Positions 39,155 through 48,799 of a stretch of 64,000 nt of DNA are shown here, piece by piece. The DNA lies in assembly GCA_035567335.1 (NCBI GenBank), contig DATMPZ010000048.1, forward strand, positions 7,020 to 71,019. The letters run 5' to 3'. Numbering within the stretch: the stretch's first letter is position 1; each line of letters starts with the position of its first letter. The DNA is from Solirubrobacteraceae bacterium (GTDB taxonomy: Bacteria; Actinomycetota; Thermoleophilia; Solirubrobacterales; Solirubrobacteraceae). The translations under genes and the position numbers were made by a program. The notes beneath the pieces were generated by a model that ran no database searches, had not been told where the DNA came from, and saw nothing but the letters and a program-made list of their open reading frames with translations.

Positions 39155-39883
39155 ATGCAGATGCGGACGGTGAAGACAGAGCTGGATGGCGAGTCGCAGG
39201 TCTGGAAGCCACCGACGCGCGCGCGGGTGCTACGGGTCAGGGAACGGCTGCGCGAGGTGTATGGCGTACCGCTGATGCGGCCGCACGGTCATCCGCTCGC
39301 GGAGCTGGTGCTGACGGTGCTGTCGCAGAGCACGAACGACCGCAACCGCGACGTGGCGTACCTGCGGTTGCGCGAGCGACTGCCGAGCTGGGAGGCGGTG
39401 ATGCGCGCGCCGGTGGAGGAGGTCGAGGAGGCGATCCGCCCGGGCGGGATATCGAAGGTGAAGTCGGCCCGCATCCAGGCGATCCTGCGCGCGATCGCGG
39501 AGAGCCCGAGGGACGCGGACCACGAGCTGTCGCTGGACTGGCTGAGGGACGCGCCGATCGAGGAGGCCCGCGACTACCTGACCGCGCTGCCGGGCGTGGG
39601 CCGCAAGACGGCGGCGTGCGTGCTGCTGTTCGCGTATGGAAGGAGGGACGTGCCGGTGGACACGCACGTATCGCGGGTAGGTATGCGCTTGGAGCTGCTG
39701 GAGCCGGGCGCGCCGTTCGAGCGGCTGCACGGGCAGATGCTCGCGCTGACGCCGCCGGGAGAGGAGCTGGAGCTGCACGTGAACCTGTTGCGCCACGGCC
39801 GGCGGACGTGTCACGCGCGCAAACCGGCGTGTGGGGAGTGCGCGCTGGCGCGGATGTGCCCGAGTCGCGGGATGTTCGCCTGA
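39155..39883 (+). CDS. nth: Endonuclease III family (HhH-GPD, Fe-S) DNA glycosylase
   Basis: LSQST, LPGVGRKTA, VDTH, C-X6-C-X2-C-X5-C. Confidence 0.85.
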   Translation: MQMRTVKTELDGESQVWKPPTRARVLRVRERLREVYGVPLMRPHGHPLAELVLTVLSQSTNDRNRDVAYLRLRERLPSWEAVMRAPVEEVEEAIRPGGISKVKSARIQAILRAIAESPRDADHELSLDWLRDAPIEEARDYLTALPGVGRKTAACVLLFAYGRRDVPVDTHVSRVGMRLELLEPGAPFERLHGQMLALTPPGEELELHVNLLRHGRRTCHARKPACGECALARMCPSRGMFA

Positions 39884-39947
39884 GCGCATATTTCCCTCCA
39901 CAGAGCCAGCTTGCGCTCCTGACGTCAACCCATGCGCAGTTGGGGAC

Positions 39948-39977
39948 TTGACAAGCCGTGCCGTGTGTGCTTATGAT
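39948..39977 (+). promoter_or_regulatory. Near-consensus sigma70 promoter with no convincing downstream ORF
   Basis: TTGACA 39948-39953, 18-nt spacer, TATGAT 39972-39977. Confidence 0.55.
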
Positions 39978-40209
39978 TGGTAGGTCAGGTGCTCTCGATC
40001 GAGGGGGCACGGGGAAATAGATCGGGTTTGGGTCGGTCTTCTGGATCGAGTTCAAGCGCTTTTGCAGAGGGATTAAGCAGTTCGGGGAGAGGAAGCCGGA
40101 TCGCATGAAGAGGGGTTGTACACACGTGAGTCCGTTGGGGACAGATGTGAAGAGGGTCGTTGCGCGGCGATGCGCGCCCGTAGGTAGATGCGTCAGCAGC
40201 GCTGACTCA

Positions 40210-40232
40210 TCTCTCTCTCTCTCTCTCTCTCT
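40210..40232. repeat. (CT)11 microsatellite
   Basis: Direct reading of the sequence. Confidence 0.95.
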
Positions 40233-40328
40233 TGTTCCAGTAGCACCCCGCTTCTAGCCGCCGATTTCCCCTGTTCCGAGCGGCGCTCGCGGGGACGGGC
40301 CACTCGCGGGCATGAGTCCGCTCTCGTC

Positions 40329-40703
40329 TCAGGCGTTCAGTCGCCGGTGGGCGATCTCGTAGACGGTCGGCGCGTGGGACCCCACGGGGTGGTGGCGCAC
40401 GCCAAAGGCGAGAAACTCCAGTCGCAGTCGACCGTCGACGTCGATGACCTTGAAGACCATGCCGAACTTTCCGGCCGGCCGGGGCACGTAGATCTTGACG
40501 CAGCCCGTGAGTCGTGTCCCGTCTCTGCTTTCGGCTTGGCAGCCCTTCAACCAGGATTTGGGGACGCCGGTGTTCTTGAGCCGACCGATGAGTGGAGCTA
40601 CGGCAGCGCGTCCGGCCGCGGTTGTGTGTGCGAGGTCTTCATCGAACAGGATGTCGTCAACCCCGACCGTGAAGCGTCGCTCCGGCCCGTCATATGTGGG
40701 CAT
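40329..40703 (-). CDS. Hypothetical protein (124 aa), possible RelE-fold toxin
   Basis: Downstream gene of a tight pair; strand pattern KIYV..FGMVF..LEFLAFGVRH. Confidence 0.6.
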   Translation of the reverse strand: MPTYDGPERRFTVGVDDILFDEDLAHTTAAGRAAVAPLIGRLKNTGVPKSWLKGCQAESRDGTRLTGCVKIYVPRPAGKFGMVFKVIDVDGRLRLEFLAFGVRHHPVGSHAPTVYEIAHRRLNA

Positions 40704-40706
40704 CGG

Positions 40707-40937
40707 TCAGCCCTCGTCGTCGGTGGGCAGGTCTCCGAAGTGTCGCTCGAACTCCTCTGCGGTCAACTCGCGACCGCCGGAGCGCTCGAGGATTTCAGCC
40801 CAGGTGATCTTGGGATAGAGATCGTTGGGGTCAGGCGCGAGCACGAGGCGCCCGTCGGGGCGTTCCTCCTCGATCACGTACTCGCCGGCACGGTCGCCGC
40901 TGAGCGTTACATGGGGTGGTGCTGCCACGGGGTTCAT
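40707..40937 (-). CDS. Small protein (76 aa), possible antitoxin
   Basis: Beta-rich N-terminus, acidic C-terminus, GGAGG RBS, 3-nt gap to the next gene. Confidence 0.65.
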   Translation of the reverse strand: MNPVAAPPHVTLSGDRAGEYVIEEERPDGRLVLAPDPNDLYPKITWAEILERSGGRELTAEEFERHFGDLPTDDEG

Positions 40938-41090
40938 GATGCCAGATCCTCCTTTGTTCGTGAGGCGCTTGGGGTTCGGAGCACCGCTTCTTCCTGTTCC
41001 GACGGGATCCTGAGATCGGGACAGGCGTCAGCCGGTCGTCGCCCTCGCCATCCTCATCTGGCGGCGGCGCGCGGGGAGGCCCCGGGGCGT

Positions 41091-41127
41091 GCTGGCCGAT
41101 CGGAGATCCGTCGATCTCCGATCGGTA
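41091..41127. repeat. Full intergenic copy of the GATC palindromic element
   Basis: CCGATCGGAGATC 41096-41108, loop CGTC, GATCTCCGATCGG 41113-41125. Confidence 0.85.
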
Positions 41128-41147
41128 CACGCGGGGGCTGTTGTTCA

Positions 41148-41182
41148 GGACGCCGCGGTCTTGACCCGAGGCCGCGGCGTCC
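41148..41182. terminator. Strong GC hairpin upstream of the secreted-protein operon
   Basis: GGACGCCGCGGTC/GGCCGCGGCGTCC 13-bp stem, 9-nt loop; weak U tract. Confidence 0.4.
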
Positions 41183-41261
41183 AGGTCTTTGCAGTGCTCA
41201 ACACGCGTGCGCAGCGCCGGGCGCTCACACGTCCAACTCCATGGAGGAGGGATAACCGATC

Positions 41262-41987
41262 ATGATGTTGCTCTCAGCAATACGTAAACGTCTCACTTAT
41301 GCCAATGTCGCGGTGACGCTCGTGCTCGTGTTCGCGATGAGCGGTGGCGCGTATGCCGCGAGCAAGTATGTGATCACCTCGACGAAGCAGATCAAGCCCA
41401 GCGTGCTCGCGCAGCTGCGCGGCAAGCCGGGAGCGAGCGGCGCTCCCGGTCCAGCTGGGGCGGCGGGAGCCGCAGGTCCGCAGGGCGCCGCCGGGGCGGG
41501 TGGCTCCCAGGGACCCCAGGGCCCGCAGGGGCCCAAAGGCGAAACCGGAGGTAAAGGCGAAAAGGGCGAAAAAGGCCTGAAAGGCGAAAATGGGACGACC
41601 GGCTTTACGGAAACCCTTCCGTCCGGGAAGACCGAGACCGGTAGCTGGGCCGCCCACCCAGCTGAAGGCGCGGAAGAATTCATACCCATCTCGTTCGCGA
41701 TCCCGATTGCATCCGAAATGGAATTCCAGAATGGTCACCCGGAAGCGCATGGTGTCCATATCGGGCCGGGCCCGGAGTGCCCCGGCAGTGCGAAAGAACC
41801 GAAGGCCCTGCCGGGAAGTCTGTGTGTCTATGTAGGCGAAAACTTCTTGGAACACGTGGAAGTCATCGCTGTCCAAAAGCCCTATGCATTTGAAACGGGC
41901 GCGGGCACCGCCGGTGGGGCTCTCAAAGTAAGGGGCCTTGGCGCCCCTGCCCTCGCGCTCGGCACGTGGGCAGTGACCGCAGAATGA
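41262..41987 (+). CDS. Secreted collagen-like protein
   Basis: Signal RLTYANVAVTLVLVFAMSGGAYA; 20 uninterrupted Gly-X-Y triplets; globular C-domain with two Cys. Confidence 0.88.
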   Translation: MMLLSAIRKRLTYANVAVTLVLVFAMSGGAYAASKYVITSTKQIKPSVLAQLRGKPGASGAPGPAGAAGAAGPQGAAGAGGSQGPQGPQGPKGETGGKGEKGEKGLKGENGTTGFTETLPSGKTETGSWAAHPAEGAEEFIPISFAIPIASEMEFQNGHPEAHGVHIGPGPECPGSAKEPKALPGSLCVYVGENFLEHVEVIAVQKPYAFETGAGTAGGALKVRGLGAPALALGTWAVTAE

Positions 41988-44900
41988 TCCGCCGGTCGCA
42001 ATCTGGCGGCCGCCCGCGTTGTGCCGTTGTGCACGGCGAGAAGCGCGGTCTGCCTCGGCTCCTCGCCGTCTTGCCGGCGGTCGCCGCGGCAACGTTCGTC
42101 GTCGTCTCGTTCGCCGGCGCGGCGACCGGCCCGCCCAAGTTTGAAGTGCTAAGCAACAGTGTCCACGCGTTTTCGACCCGCGCGATCGTGCGCACAGAAC
42201 TAATCGAACCTCCACCGAAAACCAGTTACCGCGCGGAATATTCGACCAGCGAAACCGGCCCTTGGACGTTTGTCAACGGCGGTGGCACGGAAGGAGGAGT
42301 CGCTCATCTCCTCTTCTACCTCGGAACCGAATGGGAATACCCCTTAATAAAAACTAATGGCACCTGCGATACTTGTGTGCTTCGACATCTCGCCCCTAGC
42401 ACCCAGTATTATGCAAGGTTCTCGGTGAGAGACGAAGCGGGCGAATCGAGCGAGATCGTGCCGTTCAAGACGACGCCGATCGCCAAGCCGGAACTCCGCA
42501 CTGAATTCGGCAGCACATTCCGGGGTACAGGTGAATTCACCACCAACGCGGCGGGATTCACGGCGCGGATCGAGACGAATGGCGCCGAAGCGACATACGC
42601 ATTCGCCTATTCCACCTCGCAGTCGGGCCCGTGGACGCCGTGTGGCGCGGGCGGGGCGATAACGGTGGCCGAAGACTTCGCGGAACCTACCGGCGCGTGC
42701 ACGGGCCTGAAACCCGAAACGAGCTATTTTGCTCGGGTCGCGGCGTCGAACGAAAAGGGCGCGGTCGAAGAACTGAAGGCGTTCGAAACGCCGTCGGTCA
42801 AGGCCACGGTCAACCCCCTCCAGAGCAGTGACGTTTATAACGTCACGGCGGTCTCCGTCCGCCCGCGCGGGGCGGTCTCCCCTCATGGTTCGAAGACGAG
42901 TTGGCGGTTTGAATCGGCGCCGTCGGCTTCGGGCCCGTGGTCGCCGATCCCGGGCGCGTCGGGCACGATCTCCCGGGCCCGCGCCGAAGAACTCGGCGTT
43001 AGTCACAGCGAACCAATCGACGCCGCCCTCACGGGTCTGAGGCCTTCGACCACATACTACATGCGGCTGTTCGCGGAAAACGACGCGGGTGAAGCTCTGT
43101 GCAGCCAGGGTGGCTCGCCGATTTCCGAAGGGAAGTGCGTGACGTCGTTCGAAACCTCTGGTCCCCCGTCTGCGGCGACGTTTGCGACGCACGGGGTCCA
43201 TGGTGAAGCCGCGCGCGTGATGGGAGCGGTGGATCCGCGGAGCACGCCGACGTCGGCTGAGCAGCAGGTCAGGATCGAAGGCGCCCCGACGGGCGGAACG
43301 TTCACGCTCTCCTATGAAGGGCGGACGACCCCGCCGATCCCGATCAACGCCCCTGGCGAAGCTGGCCCGGAAGGGCAAGAAACGGTCAGCGGTGCGCTTG
43401 AGAAGCTTCCTGGCGGTGCGCCTGGGCTCGTGTTCGTCGATGGTCCTCCGGGCGGCCCGTACGATGTGATGTTCGCCGGTGGTGGGGCGCAGCCGCTGCT
43501 GCAAGGGGATGGTTCGGGTTTGACGCCGTCGGGTTCGGTGAACGTGACGACGATCCAGGCGGGTGGCGAAGCGTACGACGCGCACTACCACTTCGAATAT
43601 GAACCGGTGGAACCTGGCGTCGAACCGTTCTCGCGTGCGCTCTCGACGCCGTCGAACGATGGGGGCTCGGGCGCGCAACCGCAGATCCGCGGCGTCGACC
43701 TCCCGGGTGTGTCGCCTGGCGCGAGCTATCGTTACCGTCTGGCGGCGTCGAGCACGGCTCCGGGTAATCCGGTTGTGCATGGCCAGGAACAGACGCTCAC
43801 GGCACCGGTGCCCTCGACTGCCTCGAGTGAACCGTGTCCGAATGAAGCCCTTCGGACCGGGCCGTCGGCGAATCTCCCGGACTGCCGCGCCTACGAGCAG
43901 GTGACCCCGGTGGAAAAGGGCGACGCGCAGGAACCGTTCAACTACGGTGTCAGCTTGGAAGCGGAAGCGCCGGTCGGGGTGGACGGGGAACATGTGCTCG
44001 TGAACTCCCCGGCCGCGTGGGGCGCTGGGCCGCACGCCGGCCACGGCCCGTACCTGTTCTCGCGCACCGCCGGCGGCTGGCAGATGACCGCCGCGGCGCC
44101 GGAGCCAGAGTTCGGGGTCAACAGGCTCGAACCGCGGGGGCTCACGCCCGATCTCACCTCGATGCTGTTGAAGTCGTTCGCGGAAACGGTGCCCGGGGAA
44201 CGCGGCGAACAGGTCGAATACCGCTTCGGCCCTACCGGCGGCCCGTACACGACGGTCGCTACGGTCCCGGCGAAGCAGGCCGGGCTTGGGTTCGTGTCTG
44301 CGACCCCGGACTACTCGAAGGTGATCCTCGCCGTCGAAGACCGCAACCTCGTCGAACCGCACTCCACGACCAAATCGGGGGAGGACCTCTACGAATACTC
44401 CGGCGGAGAACTGCGTCAGGTCAACGTGGGTGTCGGCACGTGCGGCGCGACCAGCAAGGGCGTCTCCCCCGACGGGTCCCGTGTGAGCTTCGAAGCGGTC
44501 CCCGGCGGCAACTGCAGCGCGCCGCGCCACCTCTACGTGCGGGTCGACGGCACCGAAACTCAGGACCTCGGCGTCGCCTCGGCGACCGACACGGTCCGCG
44601 GCTCAAACGAAGCCGGCACCGAGCGGCTGCTCGAACGCACCACCGGCGAAGAACACGAGCTCCTGCTCGAAGAACCCGAAACCGGGCACACCACGCACCT
44701 GCTCACCCTCCACGGCCAATTCGAACTCGCCCCATCGCGGAACCTCGGCGCGTTCTATCTGACCACGGGGCAGGCGCTCACCACGGAAGCGCCGGAAGGG
44801 TCCGTCGCTCCCGAATCGCCGACACCAAACGGCAGCCCGTCGGTATCCGTCTACCGTTACGACATCCCCCTCCGGAGCTTGCGGTTCCTGTTCGTCGCGA

Positions 44901-45826
44901 GCAACAACGCGAAGTCGCCTCTCCCCGTTCCGGCCGATCCGGAAGGCCGCTACGCCTACTTCCAGGCGCGCACCGTCGCCGGGCTGCCGGGCGGCGCAGA
45001 GGAAATCATCAAAAAACATATACCGCAACCGATCGAAACACCGGCCATGCAGGTGTACCGCTACGACAGCGAGACGGACGCGGTTGAGTGTGTTTCGTGT
45101 GCGTCGCCGTCGGATCCGGAACCGCGGTTCGGCTCCTACGCGCTGATCACACAGATCAAACCCAACGTTGGCCCGGGGTTGACGTCGGCGTCCGCGAACG
45201 GGGAGTTCGCGTTCTTCTCGACCCCCGCCGCGCTCTTGCCCGCAGACGTCGACGGCGAAATCGAACCCGAACCAAACGACACCCCTCCCGACACTCACCC
45301 TAGTCTCGGCGGCGAGACGTCGCTCTCGAGCGACGTGTATGAGTGGCGTGCGGATGGCGTGTATGGCTGTGCCCGCGTCCAGGGTTGCTTGTCGTTGATC
45401 ACGAATGGCCGCGGGGGTTATCTGAACCTGCCGCTTGGGAGTGCCCATGAAGGCCGTGACGTCTTCATCTACACGCGCTCGCAGCTCGCGTCGTCTGACC
45501 GGGACAACGCGGGGGATGTCTATGATGTGCGGATCGGTGGGGGTTTCCCGCCGCCGCCGCCCGGTCCGGTGGAATGCGAAGGCGACGCGTGCTCGACCCC
45601 GGCGAGCGCGCCGAACGACGCGACCCCTTCAAGCTTCACGTTCCAGGGCACTGGCAACCTCGTTGCGCCGCTTGCGACAGCGGCGCCACCCCCGCCGCAG
45701 TCGCACAGGTGCCGGAAGGGTACGCGCTTGGTGCGTCACAGGTGTGTGAGGGTGAGGGCGAGGCACGCGAAGGCGAGGACCCGCCGCACCAGCTCAGGGT
45801 ATCGTCGGCGGGGCGGCTCGCGATGA
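41984..45826 (+). CDS. Giant secreted protein with FN3-like repeats and a beta-propeller-like region
   Basis: Signal/TM; repeated L.P.T.Y.AR/YMR FN3-type strands; NLPDCRAYEQVTP; basic Cys-containing tail; ATGA overlaps at both ends. Confidence 0.8.
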   Translation: MIRRSQSGGRPRCAVVHGEKRGLPRLLAVLPAVAAATFVVVSFAGAATGPPKFEVLSNSVHAFSTRAIVRTELIEPPPKTSYRAEYSTSETGPWTFVNGGGTEGGVAHLLFYLGTEWEYPLIKTNGTCDTCVLRHLAPSTQYYARFSVRDEAGESSEIVPFKTTPIAKPELRTEFGSTFRGTGEFTTNAAGFTARIETNGAEATYAFAYSTSQSGPWTPCGAGGAITVAEDFAEPTGACTGLKPETSYFARVAASNEKGAVEELKAFETPSVKATVNPLQSSDVYNVTAVSVRPRGAVSPHGSKTSWRFESAPSASGPWSPIPGASGTISRARAEELGVSHSEPIDAALTGLRPSTTYYMRLFAENDAGEALCSQGGSPISEGKCVTSFETSGPPSAATFATHGVHGEAARVMGAVDPRSTPTSAEQQVRIEGAPTGGTFTLSYEGRTTPPIPINAPGEAGPEGQETVSGALEKLPGGAPGLVFVDGPPGGPYDVMFAGGGAQPLLQGDGSGLTPSGSVNVTTIQAGGEAYDAHYHFEYEPVEPGVEPFSRALSTPSNDGGSGAQPQIRGVDLPGVSPGASYRYRLAASSTAPGNPVVHGQEQTLTAPVPSTASSEPCPNEALRTGPSANLPDCRAYEQVTPVEKGDAQEPFNYGVSLEAEAPVGVDGEHVLVNSPAAWGAGPHAGHGPYLFSRTAGGWQMTAAAPEPEFGVNRLEPRGLTPDLTSMLLKSFAETVPGERGEQVEYRFGPTGGPYTTVATVPAKQAGLGFVSATPDYSKVILAVEDRNLVEPHSTTKSGEDLYEYSGGELRQVNVGVGTCGATSKGVSPDGSRVSFEAVPGGNCSAPRHLYVRVDGTETQDLGVASATDTVRGSNEAGTERLLERTTGEEHELLLEEPETGHTTHLLTLHGQFELAPSRNLGAFYLTTGQALTTEAPEGSVAPESPTPNGSPSVSVYRYDIPLRSLRFLFVASNNAKSPLPVPADPEGRYAYFQARTVAGLPGGAEEIIKKHIPQPIETPAMQVYRYDSETDAVECVSCASPSDPEPRFGSYALITQIKPNVGPGLTSASANGEFAFFSTPAALLPADVDGEIEPEPNDTPPDTHPSLGGETSLSSDVYEWRADGVYGCARVQGCLSLITNGRGGYLNLPLGSAHEGRDVFIYTRSQLASSDRDNAGDVYDVRIGGGFPPPPPGPVECEGDACSTPASAPNDATPSSFTFQGTGNLVAPLATAAPPPPQSHRCRKGTRLVRHRCVRVRARHAKARTRRTSSGYRRRGGSR

Positions 45827-48792
45827 GAGCTCGGATTACCCGCTCGCTTGTGATCTGTGTCGTGGCCGTAGCGCTGACCCCGGCGGTGGCGCTGGCGAAG
45901 CCGAGCGCGGAACCGTTTGAAATTGTCCCTGGCTCGTTTCGTTTCGTGCCGTCGTCTTTGCAGGCGGGTGCGCACGCGGATTGGGTGACGTCGTTCGATT
46001 TCGCGCATGACCCGAATGGGGCGACCCATAACGATGTGCGCAACATCCTCGTGAACGTGCCGGCTGGTTTCGTGGGTAGCAGCACGGCGGTGCCGACGTG
46101 CACCGACGCCCAGCTGCTGGCACGGACGGGCCTGGAAAAGGAAGTGCCGGAGTGTCCGGTGGCGAGCCAGGTCGGTCAGGTGAGGGTGGCGATCACCCCG
46201 TCCAACGAAGGGGGGAGTGGGGGTGTGCGTCTGGTTACGGTGCCGTTGTATAGCATGCAGGTGGCGAGTTTTGGTGTGGCGGCGGAGCTGGGGTTCAGGA
46301 CGGCGCTGTTCACGGGGCTGCTTCAGATTGTGGTGCGACCGGGGGATACGGGTTTGAGCTCGACGACTCCGAATGTCCCGCGGACGGGTGAAGCGCATGA
46401 CATCACGGTGACGGTGTGGGGTGACCCGGCCTCCTCGGAACATGACGCGCAGCGCGGCGAAGTTTGTGAGAGCGAAGGGTTTTGCAAAAACGAACTTGGT
46501 GGCCCGCAGCCCGCGGGTATCCAGAGCAAGCCGTTTCTCTCGAACCCGACGAGTTGCGGGATGTTTTTGGCGTCGATGGAAGCGTTTTCGTGGGAGACGC
46601 CGGACTCGCCGTCGTTTGCGAGCTCGGAAGTGGGGCCGGTGACGGGTTGTGAGCGTGTGCCGTTCGAGCCGTCGATCGAAGTGCAGCCGACGACGCGGGC
46701 GGCGGAATCCCCGTCGGGGTTGAACGTGTCGCTGGTGGTGCCGCAGGAATACGACAATCCGCTCTCGTTGGCGTCGGCGAACTTGAAGGACACGCGGGTG
46801 ACGTTGCCGGAAGGTATGACGATCAACCCGTCCGCCGGCTCCGGGCTGGGGGCCTGCTCGCCGCAGCAGTACGAAGCGGAGACGTCGTCTTCGCCGCCGG
46901 GGGCTGGTTGCCCGGAAGAATCGAAGATCGGCTCGATCGAGATCGAAACGCCGTTGCTTGAAGAAAAGGTCGATGGGGCGGTGTTTGTCGCGACGCCGTA
47001 TGACAACCCGTTCCCGGAACCCGCACACCCGGGCGGGTCGTTGTTGGCGCTGTATATCGTCGCGAAGGACCCGGGGCGGGGGATCGTGATCAAGGTCGCG
47101 GGCCGGGTGTCGCCTGACCCGGTGACGGGCCGGTTGACGACGACGTTCGATAACACGCCGCAGCAGCCGTTCAGCAGGTTCACGCTGAAGTTCCGCCCGG
47201 GCGCGACCGCGCCGCTCGTGTCCCCGCCGGCGTGCGGGACGTTCGCCGCGCAGGCTGCTTTGACGCCGTGGTCAGCGCCCACGGAACCCAGGCTCTTGGA
47301 AAGCCCGGGGTTCCTGCTCACCGAAGGCGTCCACGGCGGCCCCTGCCCGTCGGGCGGCGTGCCCCCCTTCAACCCCCGTGTGGTCGGTGGCACGCAGAAC
47401 AACGCGGCGGGCACCTACAGCGCCTTCTACCTGCGCCTGATCCGCGAAGACGGCGAACAGGAGCTCACCCGCTTCTCGACCGTCATGCCGCCGGGCCTCA
47501 CCGGCAACCTCACCGGGATCCCGTTCTGCCCCGACGCGGCGGTCGAAGCAGCGCGATCGCAGACAGGCGCGCAGGCGGAAACCGAACCGTCGTGTCCCGC
47601 GGCGAGCCAGATCGGGCACACGATCGTCGGCGCCGGCGTCGGCACCGTGCTCGCGCAGACCCCCGGCCGGCTCTACCTCGCGGGCCCTTACCACGGCGCC
47701 CCGCTGTCCCTGATCTCGATCACGAGCGCGAAGGTCGGCCCGTTCGATTTGGGAACGGTCGTGATCCGCTTCGCTTTGCGGATCAACCCGATCACGGCCC
47801 AGGTTGAAGTGGACGCGACCGGGTCGGATCCGATCCCGCACATCATTCGGGGGATCGTGGTGCATGTGCGTGATATCCGCGCGTACGTCGACCGGCCCGG
47901 GTTCATCAAGAACCCCACGAGCTGCGAGCGTATGCAGATCGCTAACACGGTTACGGGGGCTGGGGCCGACCCGTCTAACCCCGCCGGCCAGCAGGCCGTG
48001 AACGTTACGAGCCCTTTCCAGGCCGCGGACTGTCAGAGCCTTGCCTTCAAACCGTCCTTCATGGTCACGACCAGCGGGAGGACCAGCAAAGCGGATGGGG
48101 CAAGCCTGTCCGTGAAGCTCGCCTACCCGAACGCGCCGCAGGGCTCGCAGGCGAACATCCACCAGGTCAAAGTGGAACTCCCCGTCCAGCTTCCCTCACG
48201 GTTGACGACGCTGCAGAAGGCGTGCACCGCCGCGCAATTCCACACCAACCCGGCAGGTTGTCCCGCCCCGTCGGTCGTGGGTTACGCCCGCGCGATCACA
48301 CCGATCCTGCCCGTCCCTCTGGAAGGCCCCGCGTACTTCGTCTCCAACGGCGGGGAAGCGTTCCCGAACCTCATCGTCGTGCTGCAGGGGTACGGCATCA
48401 CGATCGACCTCGTCGGCGACACGTTCATCAGCAAACAGGGCATCACCAGCAGCACGTTCAAGGCGGTCCCGGATCAGCCCGTCACGAGCTTCGAACTGAC
48501 CCTCCCCCAGGGCCCGTTCTCCGCACTGACAGCCAACGGCAACCTCTGCGCGCTAACCCGCACCGTGCTGGTCAAGAAGAAGGTCACGGTCAGAACCAGG
48601 GGTCGCAGGCGCACGATCGTGCGCAGGGTCAGGCAGACACTCCCCGCCTCCCTGTCGATGCCGACCGAATTCGTGGCTCAGAACGGCATGACCCTCCACC
48701 AGAAAACCCTCGTCAGCGTCACCAACTGCGCCAAGGCCAAACCGGCAAAGAAGCGCAAGCACTCCAAAAAGGCTTCCAAGAAGAAGGGCTGA
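45823..48792 (+). CDS. Giant secreted Cys/Pro-rich beta protein of unknown function
   Basis: Signal MRARITRSLVICVVAVALTPAVALA; CPEESKIG/CPAASQIG/CPAPSVVG repeats; Lys-rich tail. Confidence 0.8.
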   Translation: MRARITRSLVICVVAVALTPAVALAKPSAEPFEIVPGSFRFVPSSLQAGAHADWVTSFDFAHDPNGATHNDVRNILVNVPAGFVGSSTAVPTCTDAQLLARTGLEKEVPECPVASQVGQVRVAITPSNEGGSGGVRLVTVPLYSMQVASFGVAAELGFRTALFTGLLQIVVRPGDTGLSSTTPNVPRTGEAHDITVTVWGDPASSEHDAQRGEVCESEGFCKNELGGPQPAGIQSKPFLSNPTSCGMFLASMEAFSWETPDSPSFASSEVGPVTGCERVPFEPSIEVQPTTRAAESPSGLNVSLVVPQEYDNPLSLASANLKDTRVTLPEGMTINPSAGSGLGACSPQQYEAETSSSPPGAGCPEESKIGSIEIETPLLEEKVDGAVFVATPYDNPFPEPAHPGGSLLALYIVAKDPGRGIVIKVAGRVSPDPVTGRLTTTFDNTPQQPFSRFTLKFRPGATAPLVSPPACGTFAAQAALTPWSAPTEPRLLESPGFLLTEGVHGGPCPSGGVPPFNPRVVGGTQNNAAGTYSAFYLRLIREDGEQELTRFSTVMPPGLTGNLTGIPFCPDAAVEAARSQTGAQAETEPSCPAASQIGHTIVGAGVGTVLAQTPGRLYLAGPYHGAPLSLISITSAKVGPFDLGTVVIRFALRINPITAQVEVDATGSDPIPHIIRGIVVHVRDIRAYVDRPGFIKNPTSCERMQIANTVTGAGADPSNPAGQQAVNVTSPFQAADCQSLAFKPSFMVTTSGRTSKADGASLSVKLAYPNAPQGSQANIHQVKVELPVQLPSRLTTLQKACTAAQFHTNPAGCPAPSVVGYARAITPILPVPLEGPAYFVSNGGEAFPNLIVVLQGYGITIDLVGDTFISKQGITSSTFKAVPDQPVTSFELTLPQGPFSALTANGNLCALTRTVLVKKKVTVRTRGRRRTIVRRVRQTLPASLSMPTEFVAQNGMTLHQKTLVSVTNCAKAKPAKKRKHSKKASKKKG

Positions 48793-48799
48793 TTCCGTC

